Shown here in pieces: positions 13,330 to 25,510 of a DNA stretch of 64,000 nt. The position numbers and the translations under genes were made by a program. Source of the stretch: Sphagnum compactum (lineage: Eukaryota); contig OZ234493.1 in assembly GCA_965153455.1 (NCBI GenBank), positions 7,306,213 to 7,370,212 of the forward strand, in the 5' to 3' direction. The notes under the pieces were generated by a model. That model was not told where the DNA came from and did no database searches. It saw only the letters and a list, made by a program, of their open reading frames with translations. Each line of letters opens with the position of its first letter. The stretch's first letter is position 1.

Positions 13330-13618
13330 ATCACCAACAAATATTTTGAACTGACACCTATGTTGAACGATCTCTTGTTATGCACAAATGCCCTTCCATT
13401 GTAGATGTAGACATGCATTCAAAAATCAATATCAAGCTCCACACCTTCCCATTGCATTCGTTAAAGAAGTTGCCATGCCATTTGTCCTTCCTCATAATTC
13501 ATGTCTTAGAACCATGGATGTTTAAGAGATCACATGAAATGAGGGCATTTTGTTGAACAATAATCATGCATCCTCCCTCCATGTTCTCATGTTTGGGATA
13601 AATGTCAACAAGGCTGGT
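13330..13618 (-). pseudogene. Degraded PLS-class pentatricopeptide repeat (PPR) gene fragment
   Basis: Minus-strand translation SLVDIYPKHENME..DA*LLFNKMPSFHVIS*TSMV..GQMAWQLL*RMQWEGVELD matches the PLS-PPR pattern SLVDMYAKCGSMEDA.RVFNKMP..DVVSW..M..G..AL.LF..MQ.EGV.PD, with stops and frameshifts. Confidence 0.75.
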
Positions 13619-14503
13619 GTAGCTTATAGTTATGGAGTTTTTATGCTAGTGTAGCTTATGAGTGACCTTAAGTAGCAAGTTATACGAGTCATGTTACTTC
13701 ATTACAATTGTGTCTTGACTGAGCTTACTATTGTTGGGTACGAGTAGTATCAACAAGCATGAAGTATGAGATATGATTTGTCAAAACAATGTAGCTTATG
13801 GTTTTTGAACCACATTCGGTGTGAAATTACTTTTGGAAACCATTGGAATCAAAAAAGCTCCATAGCAATAGAGTTTATAACATTTAACATCCATCCATGT
13901 ATCACATATGTATTACAAAAGGTACTTGCTATCCAACAATCAAGATTGATGAATGTCGTATTGAAATTTTTTTGGTGAATGTTTTGTCTCAATCAACTTA
14001 CTCTTCCATCATCCACTCAATTGCTAACCCAGTTGAAGCAAATGAGTCCTTGGGATCAAGAGGTTACTGGTTGGTATGGTTGGGCACACACTGAGATAAA
14101 CATGCTTGCACTTCCCATTTCCTTTGTTTAGCTAGAAAAGAAGATCCTCTTGATGTCATGGCTGAACTTCTGTTATGCAAAATGTACAACAAATGCTGAC
14201 CAACTTCAGCAAAATGTCAAATGGTAGTAGGTCTTCAGCATCTTGTCAGAATAAGATCCTGCAAATCTTGCTTCATTAAATGGTACCCAGTTTGGCTCAC
14301 CTTCCGGCTACAGTCGAATTGGGCATGAAACAGGGATTACAGGGTCAAACTATGGACCAAAGGCAGGGTCACTCTATGACAATAACTCTGTTATAGGTAG
14401 GAAAGCAGTTGAAAATGATCTTGAACTAATAGAGTGTTGTTGGCCTTGTATAATATTGCTGGTCAAATTGTGTCTGTTTGCCATAACATGCAAACAAGTA
14501 GGA

Positions 14504-14506
<3 letters not shown>

Positions 14507-14546
<40 letters not shown>

Positions 14547-14550
14547 TGTG
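14507..14550. repeat. (TG)n microsatellite
   Basis: About 22 TG units with one TA interruption. Confidence 0.95.
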
Positions 14551-15434
14551 ATGAAGTCTTCCAAATTTTCTTTGTATAACTTTCCTAGTTACTGGTGCTT
14601 GCATGAGTGAGATACACAACAAGTACTTGTAAGACAAGTATGTCCTGAGAGACATGAACCATGAGACTCATACATCAATTTTCTTTAGAACCCTTGCACA
14701 ACAACAATGAGCATCACTCTCAACTTCCTCATTGATCTTACAATTGGTGAGCAACATCTTACCTCCCATGTTGTATGAAACCAAACTTTGTTTGATGTCA
14801 ATGGTGCATTGAAAGCATAGGTAGCATCAATGGGTGTGGACATCAACAAAGACGAGGTAATCATGTGCGACACACGTGCGTTGTTACTTCTCAAGAAAGA
14901 TGATATCACAAGCCTGATGCAGCACCATGAGGCCAAGTGTTGTAAGGAAAAGACAGATGAGATCATGGCAGTTCAAATTGCTGATGGGAGTAATATGCCA
15001 ACATTTGAGGTTCCTAGAGGTAAGCTCCAGAAATTGCTATAGGATTTTTAAGACAGCAGAAAACATTATTATGGAAGTTGGAAGATATTACTAGTCATGG
15101 AATCATATTACGAACCCATGATTAGTATTATCTTTCACCTTCCATAATGTTTGTTTGACCGTTGTAGCTGGTGCTTGCAATATGACCCAAGATTTTTTTG
15201 TGTGTTCAATCTGAATGATGGAGAACTCTGATGCAGATATTATTAGAGTGGCTGTCTTGCATAGCAACTGCAATCGCCACTATGATCTTGAAGCTGCGGT
15301 CCAAGCTGAGAATCTGCAGACAAAGCATACATAATGAGGTCAAGATGCACATTGAAATTCACAAAATTCTTGAGACAGCTGCTGTAACTCAAGAAATTAC
15401 ACCAACAAGCATCCATAATGAGGCTGAATATGGG

Positions 15435-17470
15435 ATGCTGAAACAAGTGGCAGTAACTGGTGGAGGAGGGTTCATAGCATCTTGGATAGTCAAGCTGTTC
15501 TACAGGAAGGGTATCATGTCCAAGCTGCTGTTCGCAGCTTAGGTGATGATCCAAATTTGCATATAGCTGGTAGCTGGGTTGGGGGGCTTCAAAGCCCAAT
15601 TGCATATGCTAAATTTTACCTTGAGTAGCCCACTCATCTAGGGGCTTTTGACTATGTGGGACAAGTTTTGAGAATCAGAAGTGGAAAAGAATTGCATCAT
15701 GGGAAAATCCAGAATACTATTGCAGAATACATTACCAAAGATGTTCTATGGACATGAAGATTCATCCCTAGGCAGTTGCTGTCTTCCTACTTATGCATAT
15801 AAACAAAGCAGCTTTACCTGATTATATTTTCTGCAGATGATGAAGTCAAGAGTGAACACTTGAAGAATATGGAAGGTGACAAAGAGTGGCTGGAGCTAGT
15901 GAAGGCTGATGTTCTAGATTATGCCGCAATGTTGGCTGCTGTTGATGGTATGAAGGTGTGTTCCATACAGCTTGCCCTGTTACTGGCAACATCACTGACC
16001 CTGAGGTTAGCTTCCAAGACTCCCAAATTCAGCTTCCATGTGAAATCCCAAAACCGAGACCTATAACATTAAGAACAATCTGGTGATAATGTAGTTGCCA
16101 ATCTCAACTGGCTGTGTCTAAGGCTACTGAGGATTCAAGCAAACATAAGTCATCCCAGCTTTTACACTGAATAAAAAGCATCCCAACATCATGGTATATA
16201 ACTTCTAACAACTTTTTTCTTGCAGATGCAAATAATAAAACCTGCAGTGGAAGGAACACCGATTGTCATGACATGAATTGCAATCAGCCAGCAAGTAAGA
16301 AGGAGCAAAAGACCAACTCCTCAAATCTACACTCTTTTCTTATTGAATTCTTTCATGCACTTAATGGAGAAAAACCTTGTGCAGGACTGGTACTGCTTTG
16401 CCAAAACCAAGGCAGAGAAAGCAGCCTGAGATTTTGCAGAGACCCACAACTTGAACTTAAAGTGACAATCTGTCCATCAGTCACAATGGGGTCTATGCTG
16501 CAATCATCTCTTAACCAAAGCAGTACCCATATTTTCAAATACCTCAATGGTAATCCTCCTCTGTGCTCTTGTAAGATGATCCTGCACTTTGGACATTCCA
16601 GGTTTGAACATATATGCAACACCATCTTCCTGGAAGACTTTTTGCTTTTACAGTTCACTCAAGATGCTCTGTACTTTTCTCTCACTGCAAACATAACACA
16701 AATTCTGTCACCCACATTATAACTCTTTTCAAAAGAGAAGGGAAATGTTGTTGAATAGCTACCATATCTTATGATCTGCTACTGTTTAATAGTGTTCTTG
16801 TGTCAATTTCAAAACATACATTACTACACTAAAATTCCTCAACATTTCTTGAATCCAAGATTAAACGGCAGCTCAACAGACTATTTTCACATGATACTTA
16901 TAATATCATGGGCTTCAGGTACAGCACATACAAAATCATTGCCAAGCATACGTTGATGTCAAGGATGTTGCAGAAGCATACGTACTTGCCTATGAAACAT
17001 TGTCTGCATCTACTTGTGTGCAAAGCGGTCAGTGCACCATGGAGAGCTGGTGGAAACTCTGCAACATTTGTATCCCAACTATCCCATCCCAACAAAGTTT
17101 TAAAAAATTCAAATCCTGCACAGGAACCCTGTTGCATCCAATCTCTTTGAACTCCACCTACAGCAACTGACCAAAAGTATTTTTTCTTTTGTAGCTGTGT
17201 ATTATTGTCTTTGGGTTCATGTTTGGAGGCACATTACCTGTCTCCAGATCTCACTCTCTACTTCATGGCACAGTGTACCTCCATCAGTCTGAAAATGAGA
17301 CTGCCTGTGGCAGGTATAATGATGAAAATCAACCCCAGGAAGTACCCCTTTAATTCTCAACTGAGAAAGTTGAGGGTCTTAACTTCATTTCACATCATTT
17401 GAAGAGACAGTAGCAAACACTGTTGAAAGCTTGATGAAGAAAGGATTTCTTCACCAGCTTGAACCTTCTT
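15435..17470 (+). pseudogene. Cinnamoyl-CoA reductase-like (extended SDR, CCR/DFR family) unprocessed pseudogene; exon remnants ~15435-15542, 15837-16005, 16226-16275, 16385-16549, 16919-17096, 17314-17470
   Basis: Motifs: VAVTGGGGFIASWIVKL/LQEGYHVQAAVRSL (Rossmann), LELVKADVLDY..EGVFHTACPV, IIKPAVEGT, DWYCFAKTKAEKAA*DF (YxxxK; TGA at 16427-16429), [30 protein letters not shown]. There are several 1-nt frameshifts, an in-frame stop and a truncated exon 3, while GT-AG introns are retained. Confidence 0.9.
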
Positions 17471-18876
17471 TGTCTTTTTCTTCTATTGGTCCAGACTTTC
17501 CTATTATGAAAGCTTCTGATGACAGGCACTTGGATAGTGGCTTCAAAAAATTGTCTGGATTAGAATTCAAGGGGATGTCCATGCTCCTCCATTCCGCTAA
17601 ACTGCTTTTTAGCTCTTCAGAAGCATTTGTTTGATGAATGTCTTTGGTTAGCACAAGATCAATTACTTCACTGCCTTCACTAAATCAGAAAATTTTAACA
17701 GGCTTTAGCAGAGAATTAGTTTCAGTAAATCACATATGAGACCACAGTGCAAAATTCAGATTACCTATTGCACCTGGATTTAGCAACATGTTCTGCAGTA
17801 TGACTGAGGAACTAGTTGCTCCAAGTGATGGCCAGATGGTGGCAGGTACAGTCTTTTGCAACTAGTAAAGCAAAAGAAAGAGTCAAGCAACTGGTTGGGC
17901 CTAATAAGCAACCCTTTTCTATCAATGTAGAGAGAGAGTCCTTTCCAGGGAATGACAAATCTGGCTGAGAGAAATAAAGGTGAAATGAATAGCACTAGTA
18001 AGTGAAGGAAGACTTACTGCATCCAGAATACTGAAGCTCCCTCTACCATGGAATTTCATGTGCAAGCTGCTGCACACAGCTCTGGTAATTGATCAGTTTA
18101 CACCACCATCAAGCCAGTAAGAAGTGGAGGCTCAAGCCCACCTTGCATGTGGGTTGAGGGTTGCCTGCTAGACACATGCTGTTTGCCCACAGATTCATCA
18201 ATCCAGTTACATCAGCAGCCTTCCAACTGGGAAGGATCCTGGGGCCACAACTCTTAAAAAGGATATCTAGAGGTGTACCCAGCTCAATTAGAGTTATAGT
18301 CATCCTGTAAATATATGAAAGTGGTAAAAATGTCTCCCAACCTCTGGAGCAATGGTCTAGTCATCTGAGACCAAAAACCATAGTCTCCATCATAATTGTT
18401 GATTACATTGTCACCTGATAATCTGCAAGTTCTATGCACAGACTACATCTCTTGAGCAAGTAGAAACTCCCTCATGGAGCCAATTTTGTCCTAAAATTGA
18501 TTTCACAGTTTGTACAACCATTGGTTTGGCATTGAGAGTGGGAGTGAACCCACTGCAAGTTTTAACAAAATTGTCTGAGACAAAAGATCCATCATAAGAT
18601 CATGGATCTGAGAACTGTGACTTCCTGAAGGTCTACATTGCAATGAGACAAAACCAGAATAGTTATTGTCAAGCATCTGATTTTGGGACAAACTAGCTAC
18701 AGGGCTGGGGGCATTGAGCTAAATCTTCCAAGCTTTTGTCATTTTTACTTGGATATAAACAAACATTCAAAGCTATTTTCATTCATATACAGTGCAATAG
18801 AATTTGACTTATGAGTTGTCAATGGATTCTTCAACCGAGCCACAGCTCACAATCATGCAGAAACTATTGTCAAAAT

Positions 18877-21800
18877 TTACCAGTTGAAGTAGGCAAACCA
18901 GTCTGATTTCACCAATTGAATTTCTCCATTAAGAATAGCAGCAGCATCAGCATGTCCAGTGTTTTCTTCTCCATCCCAAACACCATCTGTTGAAATGGTG
19001 TCAACAGTAGCTACAGCCAGTTCAGGGCTTGAGGTTCTCAGCCAGTCATGCAGAATTGCATTCACTTCATCGGGCATCTCATCATGTGGGCAATGACCTG
19101 CATATATTCCACCTGTCTCAGTCAACTATCAACTTACAATAACAAATCATCTCAAGGTTTTCTAATTCAGAAAGAAAAAATTGATAGATGTGGCTCTCAT
19201 ACCGAGAAGTAACCATCAGAGATTATTGCAAACAGGCTCTATATACTTTTCTAAAGTTGTTGGCCCATTGTCATAAAAATGCTCCAAGGCTCTGGCAAAT
19301 CAGGAGGAGCACTTGCAGGAGAAGCCATAGGTCCATGACAATTTCCAGCAACACACTCTTAAATCTTTGAACATGGAGACTTGAAAACCTGAGACCCAAA
19401 AGAGAAAGAGAGGAAATAACCAGCAATGAGATATTGAATGGAAACATTTGAGCAGTTTTTCTGCAGTGATGCTGCCCTCTTTGCTGAATTTTGCAGGGGA
19501 TCTCTTGTACCCTGCAAAGTAGTACAAAATGTCAGGTACATAGATTCTTCAATCTGCTCAATTCTGAAGCAACTAAATGTATATTATGCATGTGTGTGCT
19601 TAGTAGTCATGTTATAAACTGCTGTCATAGAATTGCTTGCAATGAAGAGTTCCGTACCTGAACAACCAACACCTTGCCATTGTATTGGTCCAAGTAAAAG
19701 TTCAATGGCAAGGGGGGGTTCAAATAGAAGAGACTTTCCAGTACAGCTGTGGAACCAGGGTCAAATGACTGCCATGTCTGTCAAGGTCTCCAGTTGCTTA
19801 CATGTATTTATTCTCCAAATTTACATAAAGCACAACTCAATTAGCACAATTGTCTCTGAACAACTTTGCACTAAAAATGGATGTTGGTTCTAAAAGTAGG
19901 TCTACAACATGGTTGGTTTTACGATCTGAGGATACAGGGCGCATTACTTCAGCCCGCAGCCAAGCATCTACTCTTGCTGTTCTCTGCTTCCCATCCCAGC
20001 AAGACATTTATCCCAACACACAGCTTAGCGGATGGAGGACTCAACTGTGTTATTTGGCATTGACACATACAACTGTTGTGGTTCACATCAAAAACACAGC
20101 TCTAGCACAAGACCATGATCTTAGTAGATGAAGGACATCCATATTGCATCAATGCAAGCTGCATGCATTGAAAGTTTATACACCAGGCCAGGGTCTCAAA
20201 AATTACAGATGGGTAGCATCTTTTAAGCAGACGATTGCTAAGGTACCGTAAGTAGACCAGCAACACTTCCGCCCCTCCTTTGGCTATAGCTGACTTCTCC
20301 CTTGGCTGCACATATCATGTAGTGACCCATGTCAAACCACCGTGTGCATCATCCTTTCAAAAATAAAATAGATGCAGGAATTTCACAGGTTCAGGAAGAT
20401 CCTACCTTCCTGTAGGCAAGTTGCTTGTAATTGGGGACCACTTGCCCAGCTGTATTCAGTAAGACTAATGACTTCACCAAGGAAGGCCATAGCCCTGCTA
20501 CCACACTTGATGTATAGCCTGAAACCAACAATATATCTATGAGATTGCAGAGAAAAATATCCACAACATTTCCATGATAACACAACAATGAGTGTGGTCA
20601 AGACCTTACGAGAGTTGCTCACAAAATGTGTCTGACCATCACATTCATCACAAGTAACAGTGACAAGCTGCCATGACTACCCAATGACTTCATCAGCACC
20701 CAACACTGGGTGTAGATAAGCAGATAATAATCTGCCAATAACTTCATGCAAACCATTATACAGAATCTGCATCCTGAGTTTCTATCACATTCCCAGAAGC
20801 AATGAGAAGACTCCATTATGATGTTGTTGGGGGACTCTAAAGAGACATAGCTAATCAAGAAGTCAAAAGTATCCCCATTCAAGCAGCAACAAGCTTACGA
20901 GGGTACACTTCATTTCATTTTAGCTTGTCCCTGTATGAGCAAGCACCTAAGCCTAAGGCATACAGAAGCTTATATAGATGGGTAGTGGTTGGAGCCAACC
21001 ATATCCTTTAAGCACACCACCGGTGACTACTTGGTTGCAGAACATGCACCCAAAAAATGTACAAGCACAAATCCCTGCTTATTTTCCTTGTGTCCCCCTC
21101 CCTCCCTGCTTCTCAGATTGCCTTCTCTACTGAGCAGGATGCAAGATACCATACCTCCAATTGAGTTGCCAGCCAAGACAACTGGCTCCCTGATGACATC
21201 AATGATAAAGTCTCGCACCAGCTCTGCCAAGAGAAGTTCTGTGTAGGCAATAGAGGGCTTCTCAGAGCGCCCAAAACCCACCATGGTGAGTCCCCACACA
21301 CGGTTTCCTTTCTCTGCCAACCCTCTCATATTGTCCCTGTAGTGTTCCCAGAAAGCTCCAAAGCCATGAATGAGCACCACTGCTGGACCTTCATCTCCTA
21401 ACTTCGAATACTGCATCAAAACAAAGCCACAATCTGTGCAGCATATTAAAGCAATATTTGCCAAACATGTAGTTCTAGCAAACTTGCTTAGACATCTGCC
21501 AGTTCACGAAGAGATCAATGAAGTTGCAGAGAAATCTCCACAACAACAATTGAAGGTAACACGACAATGAGTGCAGTCATAACCTCATGAGAGTCGCTCA
21601 CAAAGTGACAGACCATCACCTTCATCACGAACGGCAGTGACGAGCTGCCATGACTACCCACTGAGTTCATCAGCTCCCAACAGTGGGTGTAGATAAGCAT
21701 ATAATAATCTTCCCAAAAACTGGGGCAAACCATTATACACAATCTGCGTCCTGAGTTTCTGTTGCCAGTTCATGAAGCTGGAACAAGAAGGATAACAGCA

Positions 21801-24800
21801 AATAATACCATATCATTTCAGGGTATCATATTCAAGCACCATCACTCAAAGACAGATTCTCATTGTACTATTTAGGCTACCTGGATTAGAAAGCCACACC
21901 ACCGCCATGAGCAAACTTGGAAGCCCTTTTCTATGCCCTGATTGCAACTCCTTTTGTGCAGCATCTCATACCACTGTGCTGATGGGCAGTACACCATAAG
22001 TGATCATATGAAGGGTAAAAGAAGTCTAGAACAGCTTGTACAGGAATAAGTAGCAAAGCTAAGCATGTGGGCATAAGCTGTCATATAAACATGTCCAGTG
22101 ACATAACCAGTTATTATAGAACATGAAGGGTCCATGATGGCCAATGTGGTGCAAGTCCACTGAAAAGGTGACAGAGGTCAAATTGTGACTACCTCAATTG
22201 CTTTCACATCTGCAAGAGCCACTGCAGCTGGAAATGCTGTGAATCTTGCAGGCCACAGACAGCCTCTTGTTCGCTCTCTCTCATATTTGACTGCTTCAGA
22301 GTACACTCTTCTCCGGGAGAGGGTGCCAAGGGCCAGAGCCCAGTTGAAGATTTGTCTGAAGGAAGCCCCAGGTCTCTTTTCCAATATCATTGCATGCGTA
22401 AGAACCCTGCAAGCATTCATGGAAGATTTTGTCAATGAACATCTACAACAGCCAAGTGGAAGTTTCAAGGGAAACAGACCAAATTAAGGTATATGTTCTA
22501 CTTAGCTCTGCAATATCACAGACAGACCTGGACAAGGATTTTGAACAATGATATATGAACTGCATCAATAAATGGATATCAATAGGCACATCTGCAAACA
22601 GGATGGATCTATACAAGAGACCTTGCTGAAGTCCTACCCCAAAAATCAAGAGAGAGTGAACACAATGAATTGGAAAATCTGGACAACCGAAATGACTGAG
22701 AGGAGTTGACCTTTTGCAATCCTTTTGCAAAGTTGGCTCTGCAATCTTTAGATACAAACTGAGTAGATTTGTAGCTCCTGAGGCACCCCCTTTCACAATG
22801 TAACTCAGATGTTTTTTATCTGTGTGCAAATAGGCTTTTTTTCTTCTCTTCCACAGAGACCTCTTTTGATATGCCCTTCTAATCATATCCTGCCAACGGG
22901 TTAAATTTTTCAGGCCTGGCTGAGCACTGCTTGCAACATGTGTGGCATGCCCATTAACACATTTCACCTTCTGCAATAACAAATTCTCTGCAGATTGGGC
23001 CTTTGCTTCCTTCAGTGTTTTCCACCAGGGGTTCTCCATGTATATTGCATCCACACTGAAGAACAATTCATCGAGTGATAGAAACACCCCTGTTCCCCAT
23101 GCGCTGCCCCCCCAATATAAAATACTGGCCAGAATGCCACCTTGGACTGATGCATGGTTTACTGTGGAAAGAGAAAACTGCAACCACAACAGAGGGATTC
23201 ATACCTGGGTTGATGTTCCTTGGCAGAGGTGGCAGCGAGGTGGGAGGGTTGATTGGAGACAGAATTGCACAGTTCATTTGCTTAAACTCCTTGTAATTGT
23301 CAGGCAGCTCCAATACACTCTATATCAAAGTAGCCCACCAGAGACAAGTATGAAACCCTATTGAAAGTCAGGCTGCTGCATATGCTTCTGGTTTTACCAA
23401 GAAGTTTCTGCAGCAACATGTAGTTTACACAATGTTCAAAACGGTGCAGCATGGAGGAAGAGCAAAATTCAATGCAATTCGGGAGCAAAGTACCTCCGTG
23501 TTGTACAAAGAGGCCCGCCATTGCTGCAGCCTTGTCATGTGGTATGGCGGAGTTTGCACAGCCAGTGCAGTTGACACTGAGACAACAATGTTACACCATC
23601 GGTCCTCAATTTCCTCCTCTGCAATAATACTTGCTGCACCAGTCTGTCATCCAGGACAACAATTCTGTCACAGTCAACACCAAACCAGTATTTCTTGCAC
23701 ACACATGGAAGGAAACACACAGAAACATCAGTTGCTGCTGCAATGTCCAATAGAAATTGCAATGTGGCTGCCACTGGCCCCCCCACCTCATGTGCAAGAG
23801 CAAGAAGCACTTCTGCCGTTTGGCCTGTCCAAATCAGTAAGTCAGAATTTATGCTTCTTAGGGAGCTCCTCAGGTCTTCAACAGCATCAAACAGGCTCTC
23901 CAGAAGCTCCTTTGACCATCCTGCATGTGCTTTGACATGAAAACTCATCTCAGAAGTCTGCATTTCCAAAGATGGCATTGCTCTCACAAACCCAACCCTA
24001 TGCCCTTCTCCCCCTACGACCTACATTCTCAAGTTCCAGATCTAACCAGCATACAAGGAGGAGGGTTCAGAAATCAGATGTCTCTATGGAGGTCTAGGAT
24101 TTCGTGTTGGCATTGTTCCAATTTACTACCAGGATCACACTGATGGCAGGCCGTTTTCGTTTCCTATTTTGCTGCTGCTACCAGTTTCTTTTCATGGGAT
24201 CGAGACGAGAACCATACCAGCGTAAACATGAGGATCGAAGATAAAGAGAGGAAGCACACGCTCGTACTCCAACGCCGCTGCCAAGCCCAGATGATCGTCG
24301 ATCCGCAAGTCATGCTTAAACCATACAATCGCTAGTTGGCCTCCTTCTTCCTCCTCCTTCTCCTCCTCTTCACAGACGCCAGACTCAGTCGATCTTGCGC
24401 CATGACAACAAACGCACCACCTCCGCCGCCGTTGTAAGCGCACGTTCACTGGCCGCAAGTGCTGCAACCTTCTAGAAAACACTTGAGGCAACAGCGGCAT
24501 CTTCTGCTGCTGGTGCTGTTGTACTACATGGTTTCCACTACAGCAGTTACCGAGTTGTCCCGGAGCAATGGAGAACGAGAGCTGGGTTGCCAGAAATCTC
24601 CGATTACTAGACCTCTCAACAACAGAGCCAAGAGCCAGGAAAGCTTGATGAGGAAGAATCCCCGCGTGCGCCGACGACGACGACATCGAAGCAAAACTCC
24701 CTCCAATTCTTTGCTGCTGATGCTGCATTTGCAATTTACCAAAGTTTCTACAACGCAAACTTTCCGCAATCTCACCATATTGCTGCTGGCTCCCAAACCA

Positions 24801-24989
24801 CACACAACAGTTGTGGACACAGCAATTCACGCCCATTACATTGCCCACCACCACCACCACCACCACCACCACGGGGCGACGACGACGACTGCGCGCAGCG
24901 GCAGCAGCAGCAGCCGTGTCCCGTCCGTTAGAGCTCGTCCTGGACGACAACAACGCGCATGGAAAATGGGAGCGAAGGGGGAGCGCCAT
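18877..24989 (-). CDS. Photolyase N-terminal domain / alpha-beta hydrolase fusion protein (AT4G25290-like), ~931 aa, 14 exons: 24218-24989, 23787-23920, 23494-23643, 23205-23319, 22711-23089, 22193-22406, 21881-21973, 21155-21410, 20406-20518, 20207-20305, 19936-19983, 19658-19768, 19421-19511, 18877-19097
   Basis: Photolyase motifs AIVWFKHDLRIDDHLGL..VLPLFIFDP, LFDAVEDLRSSLRSINSDLLIWTG and ALALGTLSRRRVY. Hydrolase motifs VVLIHGFGAFWEHY, GFGRSEKP, LAGNSIGG (nucleophile Ser), QGTRDP (Asp) and GHCPHDEMP (His). All exons join in phase with GT-AG sites to 2796 nt. The long S/R/A-rich N-terminus resembles an organellar transit peptide. Confidence 0.9.
19769..19935 (-). other. U12-type (minor spliceosome) GT-AG intron, intron 11 of the photolyase-hydrolase gene
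   Basis: 5' splice site |GTATCCTC. Branch-site-like CCTTGAC (19786-19780) has its A 12 nt from the 3' end. There is no polypyrimidine tract (AGACATGGCAG|). Confidence 0.8.
20538..20783 (-). repeat. Intronic ~250 bp element, copy B (intron 8); candidate structured RNA
   Basis: About 80% identical by eye to 21515-21762. Several hairpins are conserved on the gene-sense strand. Confidence 0.8.
21515..21762 (-). repeat. Intronic ~250 bp element, copy A (intron 7); candidate structured RNA
   Basis: Paralogous to 20538-20783. Confidence 0.8.
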
Positions 24990-25019
24990 TACTGAACCCT
25001 CATTGGAGCATTCCCAACA

Positions 25020-25292
25020 AATGGATGAAACAAATGAATGAATGAATGAAGATGACCCAATGAACGAATAAATGAAACTCATGGATGAATGAAAATGAAA
25101 ATAAATGCATAAAATGAACAACTAAATTAAACTAATCAGTGAATGAATGAAATTGAACAACTAAATTAAACTAATGACTGAATGAATGAAATTGAATGCA
25201 TGAATTGAAACAAATTAATGAAAATGAGTGAAATGACTGAAGGAAAATGAATGCACAAATGAACAAATGAATGAGAGAATGGATGGATGGAT
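25020..25292. repeat. (GAAT/GAAAT)n low-complexity tract upstream of the photolyase-hydrolase ATG
   Basis: Repeated ATGAATGA and AAATGA, plus duplicated GAACAACTAAATTAAACTAAT. Confidence 0.8.
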
Positions 25293-25470
25293 CGGTGGGT
25301 GGATGGAATCGGTCAAGAGCACAGCCAGAAGAATACTGCTGTGACTGGTCAGTAATGATCTGGACCAATCAGCATCGGCCACGCTACTCCATTCTTCTGC
25401 TTTGTGCTTACCACCGCAGATTGGGACCCAACTTTTTCTTGGAGAAAATTATTGGAGTTTGGGATTTTTT

Positions 25471-25510
25471 AGGGCCCTGGGGACACGGGCCCCACTAAAA
25501 GGGCCCGGCC
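25471..25510. promoter_or_regulatory. Cluster of GGGCCC / GGNCCCAC (site II / TCP-like) motifs upstream of the photolyase-hydrolase gene
   Basis: AGGGCCCT, GGGCCCCAC and GGGCCCGGCC occur within 40 bp, ~500 bp upstream of the ATG. Confidence 0.35.

Noticed and set aside
21700-21745. U17/snR30-like motifs (AAACCAT near ACA) on the plus strand
   Set aside because: Antisense to the host gene, the m1 motif matches poorly in copy B, and spacing to ACA is off.
21640-21762. Hammerhead ribozyme (GAAAC ... CTGATGA on the minus strand) in the duplicated intronic element
   Set aside because: Stem I and stem II cannot be formed around the core in either copy.
24459-25041. Plus-strand ORFs with poly-His / poly-Thr
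   Set aside because: Antisense shadows of exon 1 of the photolyase-hydrolase gene, produced by (CAC)n and (CAG)n microsatellites.
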